Assembly (NCBI GenBank): GCA_037379345.1 | Contig: CM074514.1 | Span: forward strand, 21,018,001-21,082,000 | Direction of reading: 5' to 3' | Source of the DNA: Perna viridis | Lineage: Eukaryota | DNA length: 64,000 bases | Shown: piece by piece, positions 50,345 to 60,791 of the stretch | How the letters are laid out: each line of letters begins with the position of its first letter | How positions within the stretch are numbered: the first letter of the stretch is position 1 | The notes under the pieces: model-generated | Database searches by the model: none | Seen by the model: only the letters and a program-made list of their open reading frames with translations | What the model was told of the DNA's origin: nothing | Translations under genes and position numbers: made by a program

Positions 50345-52692
50345 TATAAAATTACAAACAGTTATTAGTTAAAGAACTGTTCTGTAACAAAATGGTAGAT
50401 CTTATGTTTTAATCAGAGACAAAACTTTACTCATCATACAGAAACCCCTTCTTTGATGTTCCAGATTATAAACTTGAAAGAAAAGATAGAAATTGGAATG
50501 GTGGATGTATTGCAGCACTTATAAGATCTGAAATACCAGCTAGAAGAAGGTGTGACTTAGTAAATAAAACTTTTGAAAATATTATTTTTGAAGTTATATT
50601 AAACAAAACAAAATTGGCAATCATATGTATTTATAGACCACCTTGTATGAAAGACTCAGTATTTAGTAAAGAGTTTTCTAATACACTAGACCAATGTATT
50701 ACAAAATATGATCATTATATAGTTATTGGAGATCTGATAACTGATCCACCTGCGTATAGAGTGTTCATATCTCAACTCATACGTAATGCCAGAGCTTACC
50801 GAGACTACGCAGACTTTTTGTACCGCGCTAGAATTCTAACAAATAGGATTCTGGAGCAGGGTTATGTTGCTACAAGATTGAAGTCATCACTACAAAAGTT
50901 TTATGTCCGTCATCATGAACTCGTGGATCGTTTCGGTGTAACCATCCGCGCCATGAAAACTGATTTGTTCAATGTGTCATAGTTTTCCTTTCCTCTTTCG
51001 TCTACCCCGGACTTGACTTTTTATGAGCAATTTGGGGGATGTTTCTAGAAAAGCAGAGGACGCTTACCCTACCGGTGCACCTGGTCCATTCTTCCAGTTT
51101 TTAGTGGAGTCTGAGTTGCTCATTTGCTTTTGTTACTTTGTATGTATGATTTTAGTTACTCTATGTTCTTTGTTGTGTATGTCTGTTTTCTTGGATTGCA
51201 TTCTTTTGATTAGCTTGGTTCCCTTGATTACTCTGAATTATGATTTATCGAATGATTCAAAAGGGAAGACACTAGCAGATTTAATTGATATATTTGACCT
51301 AAAAAATTGATAAAAGAGTCAGCCTGTCATATGAAAAACTTTTAGATGTTATCTTGACCAACTCCAAAAATTTATGCATGAAAACATTAAATGTTGCAAA
51401 TGGTATAAAATGTAAAACCATTTATTCCTTCATCTGCAAGTCATGGTTCAGATTCTATTGAAACACAAGTAAACCAGACTTAGTTTGAATAAGATATTTG
51501 CAATATCTTTGATCAACATGTACCAATCAAAGAGATGTATGTTAAAAACAATCAGTTACCCTATATGAATAGAGAATTACGAAAAGCAATCTATGAAAAG
51601 AAAATGCTTTATAATAAATATCTCAATGTAAAAAATGCAAAAAAATGGGGAAAAATATAGAACAAAAGGAAAACCATTAAGCCATATTCTCCAAAAATCA
51701 AAAGGTACACAAACAAAATTATATTACAAGAAGAAAATGAGATAATAACAATTTTTTTTGTAAATGTCGCCAAAGAAATAGGTAAAGATTATAAATTTGA
51801 TAAGAGTAACCACCCAAGCCTTCAGAAGATTGAAGAAAAGGGTTTTAAACAGAATAACTGTTGTTCCAACAAGTGAATCTTTTGTATCAAAGGTCATAGA
51901 CAGATTTAATGTGAAGAAACAACAGCAGTTGATAAAATGTCAGTTAAACTCATGAAATATGGCAAACCATCTTTATGGCCAACAATAACTAAACTAGTTA
52001 ACCATTCAATAAGTCACTCATCCAGTCACTCCATTATTTACAAAGAGCAACTACAGACCAGTCAATTTACTACCTATTCCATCAAAAATATTCTAAAAAG
52101 TTTTAGCTGAACAGTTGTCTACTTTCTTTGATTTGCTATTTTTCATAATTTTTTATATGCATTTCGAAAAGGCCATGGTTGCCAAACAACATTATAAAGT
52201 TTATTAGAAGACTGGAAACAGGTGTTAGATAATAATGAATATGTGGCAGCCATTCTTATGGACATGTCAAAGGCATTTGACTGTCTGCCACATGATATTT
52301 TAATTTGTAAGTTATCAGCATATGGTCTCAACAAAAAGTCTACTGACATGTTATTATCATATTTGTCATGGCGTAAGCAACAAATAAAGATTGGCTCTTG
52401 TGTCAGCAGCTGGGCAGAAATTCAGAAGGGGGTTCCGCAAGGATCAATTTTGGGTCCTTTGATGTTCAACGTGTTTATAAATGACATTTTCTATTTATTT
52501 CAAAAAAGAGATTTATTCAACTATGCTGATGGCAACACATTTTCGTTCGCCAAATTTTAATGAAGTATTAGATGTACTACAATCAGAAAGTACAATTTTG
52601 ATAAAGTGGTTTCACTTTATTTGTATGCAGGCAAATCCTGAAAAGTTTCAGCCCATAGCTGTTGGCAAAAAGACCTTTGATAAAACACCTAC
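50345..52692 (+). mobile_element. Decayed CR1/L2-type LINE ORF2 (APE endonuclease + RT), interrupted by a Naiad-like insertion
   Basis: SETKL, RKDRN..GG, CIYRPP and IGDL|NYD (split by the insertion). RT MDMSKAFDCLPH...GVPQGSILGPLMFNVFINDIF...NYADGNT, then QANPEKFQ. Confidence 0.85.
50745..51234 (+). mobile_element. Naiad-like Penelope 3' portion nested in the CR1 endonuclease
   Basis: PAYRVFISQLIR..ARA...LKSSLQKFY plus 3' UTR. TCTGA occurs at both junctions of the host GATCTGAAT (DLN) codons. Confidence 0.85.
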
Positions 52693-52920
52693 TTTGGCCA
52701 AATACTGACAACTTAGTGGCGTTCGAAAAAAAAGCTGTATCGAAATTTGAAATTGCGTGTCATGTGTTATTTCCTGAATGAAATGCAGAAAATTTTAAGT
52801 TAAAAGAAAAACATTACTGCGTCGGCTATCTTTCTGTAACTAGTTGTTTATGATTTATTTTAAATGACATTGGATCTGAATTATTTAGTGTGTGTCTGTT
52901 ATTGAAACTTAAATATATTA

Positions 52921-52923
<3 letters not shown>

Positions 52924-52972
<49 letters not shown>
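52924..52972. repeat. (TA)n microsatellite
   Basis: About 24 TA units. Confidence 0.97.
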
Positions 52973-52977
<5 letters not shown>

Positions 52978-54094
52978 CGTGTATGTTAATTATTAATGTG
53001 GGTGTGTGTTACAGTGGTTGAAACCTAGTCATAAAGTTGATATTAGTCGAAAACATAAGATGTTTATAGTCAAAGGCAATCGTTCAAAAGCCAAGTATTT
53101 CGTCTTAAGAAACCATAGGAAACAAAATTTCCGCTTGTTGGTACCTTTGATGTAGCTAAATTCTCTATCTTAACGTGGGAAAGTATTACTCTGGACGATT
53201 TTAAATCATTGTTTTTATATTACTGTATTCACAGTTATGATTGGTTTTACTTTCGTGATGGAAGCGTTTAAGAAAATTAAGGTAGCTAAATGTTAAATGT
53301 ATTTTTTTTTCAATTTCAAGCATATAAATGAAAATCAAATAACAAAACTTTCAAAACTTTTAAAGGAAAATGCATTATCTGACATGAAAAACCATTCCTT
53401 AATAAAATACATGCCAAATATTCATATTTCGGAAATTTACCAGAATCGCGATGCATGTACTTTAAGTTATTAAACTGTTTTTCTTAAAAGAAAGATGACA
53501 TGAAAGACGCTCGAAATAAAAATCAATTGTTGACAGTTTGTTTAAAAGCATTTCGCTGAGACGGGTCGCTTTCAGACGAGCAAATTCCGGAAATATTGTC
53601 ACAATGGTATTTTATTTAAAAACAAGTTCATCATATACTGTATACATGCATACATGTATATTCCATATATTAATAATTGCCAATTTACTCTCTATTTCAT
53701 AACTTAATGGTCATATCCATAGATCTACCTATCAAACAATGAATGTATAAATAATGTACATTTATACCATGCAATGCAACATGTTTCTCGTAGATGAATA
53801 GAGTCCTACCAAATGCCTATTTACTTTTAGACTTACCACATTGTGGACCTAAATAAAAGTTTACATATTTATCATTATTATTGCAAGACCTACAAGTACG
53901 TTATTAATTAGGTTCGAATGATGAAGAGTATAAAATATAGCGAGAAATTATAGCAATCTTACATGACAACTACCTTGTGCTATTGCTTTAGTTCCATGTT
54001 TAAATGTAAGAAGATTTTTTTTTCCTTTTTTTTTTTTCTTTTTTCTTTTTTTTTTTTTTTTTCTTCTTTTATATATCTCTGATTGAAGAAAGGC

Positions 54095-54336
54095 TCAACG
54101 TAGTTTTCCTTTCCTCTTTACGTGACATTTTATGTGCAATTCTGCAGTTGTTTCTAGAAAAGCAGAGAATGCTTACCGTACCTGAATACATCGTCTATGC
54201 TTTCAGCTTTTAGTGGAGTTCGAGTTTACTTCTATTTCTTTGTACGCGTTGTTATAGTTATTTCATCTTCTTACTGTTTGTGTCTACTTTCATTGTCTAG
54301 TTGTAATCCTTTATTACCATTCGAATCCTGGTTCCT
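54095..54336 (+). mobile_element. Old Naiad-like 3' UTR copy
   Basis: TAGTTTTCCTTTCCTC...TTTCTAGAAAAGCAGAGAATGCTTACC...TTTTAGTGGAG...GGTTCC. Confidence 0.7.
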
Positions 54337-54614
54337 TTATTTTCCTTTCATATTTATGAACATGTACATTAATAGTGGCAAACGTGTATGATTATAGAAT
54401 ATTTTCTGTGTTTGCTTAATTCGTTTTTAAATAGTGAAACCTTGCCATAAAGTTGAGGAGAAGAGGAAAACATGAGATGTCGATAGTCAAAGGCATTGGC
54501 CATAGATCAATTGTATAATTGTTTTAAGAAACCAAATGTTTAACAGAAATAAACATGTTTTGTCAAGGAATAATAGTCTAAAAAGGTTACGACAGCACTT
54601 GAAAACAAGTAATA

Positions 54615-54887
54615 TCTTTAAAAAAAAAGATAGCTGATGCAGTTAATTTTTTTTCTAAGTTTCTACATTTCTTACAAGAAAATAAAACATGACACGCAAT
54701 TTCAAATTTTCGATACAGTTTTTTCGAACACAACTTAAAATTTCCTATTCTGTATTTTGAACGCCACCAAGTTATCAGTATTTGACCAATCGGGAAACAT
54801 AATTGCTATCAGGTGACTTGCGTTTCCATAGAAGATCTTTAAGGTTAAAGTAAAAAGCGAAACTATACCGACTGCGTCGGAAAAAAC
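54615..54887 (-). repeat. ~260-bp dispersed MITE-like repeat; other copies at 57622-57875 (+) and 52693-52833 (+, partial)
   Basis: Shared CCGACGCAGTCGGTATAGTTTCG...CAAGTCACCTGAT...CCCGATTGG.CAAATACTGA...GGCGTTC...GCTATCTTT, with sub-terminal inverted motif CCGACGCAGT/ACTGCGTCGG. Confidence 0.75.
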
Positions 54888-55290
54888 ATACAACAATGTG
54901 TCGCATCATGTACATTTATTTCATATTAGTATGAATTGTGTAAAAATTAATCTGGTTGGCCATCAATTTGATATGTGATTGTCATTAAGTTAAGATTGTT
55001 ACAATGAATGTGAATATTATTTATGGATGTCAAATTTTAACTAGCACACTTATGTTGTTTAATTACATTAACAAACCAATAAGAGGGCTTTATTTTTTGG
55101 TTTGATGCCGATTCCATTCTTCTTCTGGGTGTCTAGTTTTTTTTAATCCCACTGTAACGAACAAAAGTGAAGTGAATATTTTCGTCATTGACTAAAATAA
55201 CTAAAAAGTTTTAACCACAAAAATAGCACGTAAAAATGTTTAATGAATCCTACAGGTGGCTTACATGTTTGGCGGTTTCTACTAGAATCA

Positions 55291-56471
55291 TTATCCAAAC
55301 CATGTAATAGCCTTCATGGCAGTTCCAGCAATACTTTTTACGTGTCCCCATAATTCACTAAGACCTTTAAGAATTTTTTCTGCCGCTTCTTTAAAGAAGT
55401 CTTTAGTTTTTTTCCACCATGTCTTCTTTGTCCAAACAACTTCAATGCCTTCTTCTTCTATATCTATAAGCAGTTCATTATCTCCAGCTCCTGTCTGCAG
55501 CTTTATGGGTTCGTCCAGCTCGTCTGATATATATATGTAGACTGTAAGATTTTCTTCTCCTTCCACTGCCTTATCTATTATTGTTCTAAGTTTTCTTAAA
55601 TTCGATCTAACTGGAACTGACAAATTTCCTTTGTTTTGTTGAATAATTCTGTTGATGTCTTGATGTGAGACACGCCCATTAATTGTGTCTGTCTTTAACG
55701 AAATAAAATTAGATAAGTTAAAAAAAATTGGTTGAATTGTTTGTAATTGTTGAATTTCAGTTGTATATAAATCGTGTTAATTTGGAATATTCAGTAATAT
55801 TAATTAATCCATCTATTACTTCTAAACAACCCTCCTTGTTGAAGATTTGATCGCAGATCTTGGCAGATTTGTTCTTGTCATTAGTTGTTGGAAACTATTT
55901 CAACTTGCGAATCTTTTCTTACAAATGAACAATAATCTAAGGTAAAGAATATGCTTACATTGTACATACATGTACATTATTTTTTTTTATTATATTTGAA
56001 AGTAGGATGCAGATTTCATCTTAAAAGAGAGCATTTTTTTTATATCCGGAATAAATTATCACTCGGCCTGCCGGGTATATAAGGAATATCATTTGCTAGT
56101 GGAATACCAATGTTCGGTATTTTCGTGGTTCGGTGAAAACATGAATTTCTTAATTCACAACGAAATATAAAATTAATTTCCATCGAAAACTAAGTCTTAT
56201 TCAAATACCCAAGAACAGACGTAATTGTGTCGCACAATGCAAGTTAATACTTAATTTTATTATGTAAGGGTTGATTTTGTGTTTTAAAAAAAATTAAGAG
56301 GACTAGAGGACTAGACTTTCGGAAAATTATGTTTATCATATAGACAAGCCATTTAGCAACAAATTGAATGAACACCTTTCTAATTTTACAGAACTTCATT
56401 AGATAACGAATTTTACTGTAATACAGTAATCTCAACAAAAGACAAGTCTATATTTTGACAATACTCACCAT
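55291..56471 (-). CDS. G2: uncharacterised 134-aa protein, paralogue of G1, C-terminal amphipathic helix
   Basis: Exon 1 contributes only ATG (CAAAATG|GTGAG, 56471-56469). Exon 2 is 55692-55291 (402 nt, same length as G1 exon 2; AAG acceptor). Protein MTDTINGRVSHQDINRII...KDFFKEAAEKILKGLSELWGHVKSIAGTAMKAITWFG. 52/133 identities to G1 without gaps (hand count). Confidence 0.85.
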
Positions 56472-56723
56472 TTTGGCACTGCTTTCCTTCTTGTAACTTA
56501 ATAGAATCCCGTAAGAAACTATACAGAAAGTAAAAGTACATATATTTGGTCTATTTTAAGAGCATATGAAATTTAAAGTTCTACGAATTATAGAAAAATC
56601 CCAATTCAAATGAATATGTATGTATATCTGGAAAATTTATTCTTCTCGATATTATTATAATTTATCAATTAGAGTTGCCAAGTTCAAACAGGGAAGGAGC
56701 AGCCCAGACAGACCTGTTAAGCA
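56472..56723. promoter_or_regulatory. Putative compact bidirectional promoter between G2 and G3
   Basis: Only 252 bp separate the two divergent ATGs. Contains a kappaB-like GGGATTTTTC (minus strand, 56593-56602), TGGAAAATTT (56629-56638) and an IRF-like GAAAGTAAAAGT (~56526-56537). Confidence 0.55.
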
Positions 56724-58707
56724 ATGGCACATTTAAGTCCGGTAAGACATTATTGATATTTAATCTTTAAACTATTAGATTATAAGAAATTTACAGTTAA
56801 ATTTGTGAATATTTTTAGACAAATTCAGAATGAAATTCAACCGCATCGTTTTCCGTTATTGCCTTTTCTTTAGTAGACTTTTTTTACTAAACTGTTAATT
56901 TAGTGTAACTTCAATTGTAATTTGAAAAGTAGTTTGAATACTACAAAATCAAAGTAACTGTTTGCATCTTTCAACCGACAAGTTTCTTAATATATCGTTT
57001 TAGAGGCATGGCATGGCTGAGAATAACTATGATGAAATCGACAAAGAGGTAAGATATAAGTATCGAGTGTCATCAAAAATTCTTCGGCATTCTAAAGTGT
57101 ATAAATTCTCTAGTATACCATTTGTTTTTCAAAATACAACGCGTGCCATTAAATTCAAAGCTTTTATGATACAGACTATTTGATATATTATATGTAATCT
57201 ATACTTAACTACTTTCCTTGTAAGATATATGCTGCTCACCGGAAGAGACAACAGAAAGTCGGGAAAACTGTTGAAAGTGAGGTAAGAGGTTAAATTAAAT
57301 TAATTCGACTATTATAATATTATTTTGGGGGGAGGGGATCTCACGTTTATTTTCATTTCTCTAAGATGTAAAAAGAAGTTATTTATTATTCTTTCATTTT
57401 GTGACTTTAAACTTATGAAAATCTACTCAAACTGGTATATTTATTCTGAACTTTTTACATTGATACAATTTTTACATCGTATTCCTCATCAATCAATCCA
57501 CCATTCTGATTCAACAAAATTTGTAAAAGCTTTGAGATGTAGGATCTTTTTCATATTGCTCAACCATTGAACGAAACTCGTCTAAAATCGCTTGACAGAT
57601 TTCTGCCAAATTTGGTAGATTATTTTTTTCCGACGCAGTCGGTATAGTTTCGTTTTTTTACTCTTGACTTTAAAGACGTTCCTCCATGGAAACACAAGTC
57701 ACCTGATCGCAAGTCTGCTTCCCGATTGGCCAAATACTGAGAACTCAGTGGCGTTCGGAAAAAAACTGTACCGAAAATTGAAATTACGTGCAATGTCTTT
57801 TTTTCCTGAATGAAATACAGAAAATTATAAGTTAAAAGAACAAATTTTACTCCGTCGGCTATCTTTTTTAAAGATAGGGCTTGTTTCAGTTCTCTAGATT
57901 TGCATACTCTATCACCATTTTTAACGGACTTGTCTAGTTTTTTTTTAACATTTCTTTCTCAATCGTAAAAAATGTTTTATGACGCTTCTCCTTCGAAACT
58001 TTAGTGTGTAAAATGTATTAAAGTGTAGATGTAATTATTGATCACTTTTTCTATTAAACAAATTTTGTACGGGTATTGAAACAAAGACAACTTTAAATCT
58101 CATTAAAAGCTGGGTCATTCGGTGACGTGCAACAATCTCATTTTTATATTTTTATTCGAAATATAAGATAGTAGCATTTTAATAATCAACTTATGCATTA
58201 CAGTTTCTGGATGAGATCATAAAAGCCAATGATATCAATAAGAGAGTGATAGGGAAGGTCATGGTGACGTACTGTGGCAACGAAGGGGCAGAACACGATG
58301 AGAGGACGGCGTCACTGCGTAAACTCCTTCAAGCAGTTATTGATTATATTCAAGTTAATCCAAAGGTGAACTGGCATAATGCTGAGATTACTGTCTATGA
58401 TCTTGATGATAACTCTTTCAGAATAATTAGTGGACTTGGGAAACACCAGTATGTTGTTAGTGATGATGGTTCTGGAAAAGCAGACATTATGAATACATCC
58501 AACAAAATACAAAAAGCTCCAAAAACTCCGACAAAAGAAAAACAATCGAGAGATCATCCATATGGTTTCCAACATGGGACGCATTCAGCGAAATACCCCG
58601 GTCGGCACGACGGGTTTCCTCATCATCCAGGACAGCATGGGAAGCATCATGACCCTCGTGGTCACCATCACAACGGACAAGAAGATTCTAGCTGTGTTCT
58701 ATGTTAA
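56724..58707 (+). CDS. G3: uncharacterised 207-aa protein, distant G1/G2 homologue with His-rich tail and C-terminal CaaX (CVLC)
   Basis: Exons 56724-56741 (MAHLSP), 57004-57048 (RHGMAENNYDEIDKE), 57225-57281 (IYAAHRKRQQKVGKTVESE) and 58204-58707 (FLDEIIKANDINKRVIG...HHHNGQEDSSCVLC*). All introns phase 0, GT-AG. AATAAA at ~58905. Confidence 0.8.
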
Positions 58708-59642
58708 GCCAATGTTATTTGACTACTTGATTTTGTTTTATAATTAACTCCTTTCGAAACATTATCTGAATTAAGTTACTTAAACTATTATGGTATTGCT
58801 GTAACTTGTTGAACATTTGATAATTTTTTTTCCATATGTTGTCATTTGTATACATTTTGTAGCTTGTCAATGAAATTGATAATGCATCAGTATTGATAAT
58901 TGAGAATAAATAAATAAGAGGAAGTTCGAACATCAAAAGAAACGGCGTCTCTCCTGTAAGGTACGCTTTTTTACCTTTAATATCACAAATTTTAAAAAAA
59001 TCGTAAACCCACAATGAATTATGGCTTAAATGAGCAACAATTTTTGTAAGAAAGAAAATTGAAGGAACGAGGAAAGCCTACTGACAAGGAAGGTTAACAT
59101 AAACCCATTGTTCACTTTATGGGTAAATTGCTTTCACATATAGAGATATTCGATCCCCAAGTTATTTTTTTTATATCATAATACATCAATTCTTTCCCAT
59201 TTAGTGCTTGGCGTTGCTATTTTAAACCCAGCCAGAATTGAAGTGCCTGATTTCTTTTAATGCTGGTAGTGTTTATGGTTTCATCACTTTTTAATACTTT
59301 CTGAGCTACCTTTCAGAAACTCAAATGCTGGTAGTGTTTATGGGTTTCTTTAATACCTTCTGAGCTATCTTTCAGATACTGCGAGCATTAAATTCTTTCT
59401 CTTATATGTCGAGATATCCTCGAAGAGAACTGATGGAATTTCATTGTTTTTTTTTTTTTTTTTTGTTTTTTTTTTTTTGTTTTTTTTTAATTTTTTATTA
59501 TTATTTCATTTTTACCTTACTTTGAAAGAGAATGTTTAATGCCTAATAAAACTAGTTAAACTCCATCACAGGTTTCATTCGTCTGTCCACAGTCAAAAAT
59601 GTGGTCGTTTTTGTCGTTAAATTACCGGGTTTATTACAGTAA

Positions 59643-59717
59643 CTCCTGTTTTCTGGGCATTTCAGAGCTCCTGTTGTCTGGGCCTTTCAGAGCTCCTGTT
59701 GTCTGGGCCTTTCAGAG
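59643..59717. repeat. Tandem repeat, 3 x 25 bp
   Basis: Unit CTCCTGTTGTCTGGGCCTTTCAGAG. A separate ~60-bp direct duplication lies at ~59259-59380. Confidence 0.85.
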
Positions 59718-60791
59718 TTTGCCTTAAGATGTGTTTATACCAGTTAAAGACCTTAATGTAACCTCTGAAGATATTTACTGTTAAATTTACCTTATGAGCC
59801 CATATATTTGTGTGTTTCACCATATCCGGGCTTTTTTCAATTTTATGTCGTAAAAATGGTATACTGTAACTGCACTTAATTAAAATACAAATGTATGGCT
59901 CATAGTCCATGGAAAGTTGGATGCAGTATCAAAAAAAGTCATGTCAACAAATGAAAGCAACTAAATAAAAATACACAAAAAAAATCTTCAATTGCTTTTA
60001 AGACTATAGCAAACAGGGATTAGATAAACATCAGGTGCATTTCAAAAACACAGAGAATAGTTTTGTCATATGTGGTTTTAAACGAAAGAGGAAACAAATT
60101 AAAAATAGAATCTACCTACCAGCTGTTCTTAAAGTGGCGTGATCATGAATTTCGATTACAGGAAATCGCTCTACGAATGTTGTCCATTATTTCGGTTTAA
60201 ATGGGTGTCCCGATCTCAGTACATTGACTTGACAAAAATATGGTCATATCATTCTCTACAGCTTTACTTAAAAGGTCTGTAGGTCTTCTGGTAATAATCA
60301 CCGCTTTAGGGTTTGTTTTTACCATGTCATGCAAAAAAATAAACAAAATGCAGGAAAAGTATAGAAGCATAATCTGTTCCAAATTTGGTAACAAATTACC
60401 CTAGCTGATATTTTCAATCAATAGGAGTTTTCAAAATCAAAATCATTATATTGTTTTGCATTGGGCTATTTGAATCCAGGTTTTATTTATTTAATTATTT
60501 ATTTTTTTGTTTGTTTTGTTTTGTTTTTGTTTTTGTTTATTTGTTTTTTTTTTATTTTGGCTTTTTGTTTGTTTGGTTTTTTTTCTTTTTAAAGTTTAAA
60601 CCGTAATTTATGTTATAATTGCATGAGCGCAACAATACATAATATTCCAATAAGAATTAAGAAACAAGTTTTCGAATATAAAATCTGTATGTTAGTTTAC
60701 ATGATTAAAGTATTAACAGCATCAGTAAAATTGATTAATATTTGCCTAGTGAAAGGAAGATAACTCGTATTGAAAATACTTAAGACATATA

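Noticed and set aside
53837-53848. Minus-strand micro-exon-like TTTAG|GTCCACAATGTG|GTAAGT containing an ATG
   Set aside because: No compatible downstream exon found; could be chance.
56724-57012. G3 N-terminus AHLSPRHG resembles the adenovirus pVI N-terminal ASLAPRHG
   Set aside because: Only a short match spanning a splice junction; expected by chance and not supported by the rest of the protein.
59662-60394. Short minus-strand ORFs with possible splice sites
   Set aside because: Stops in all joinable frames; overlaps tandem repeats and probable DNA-transposon debris.
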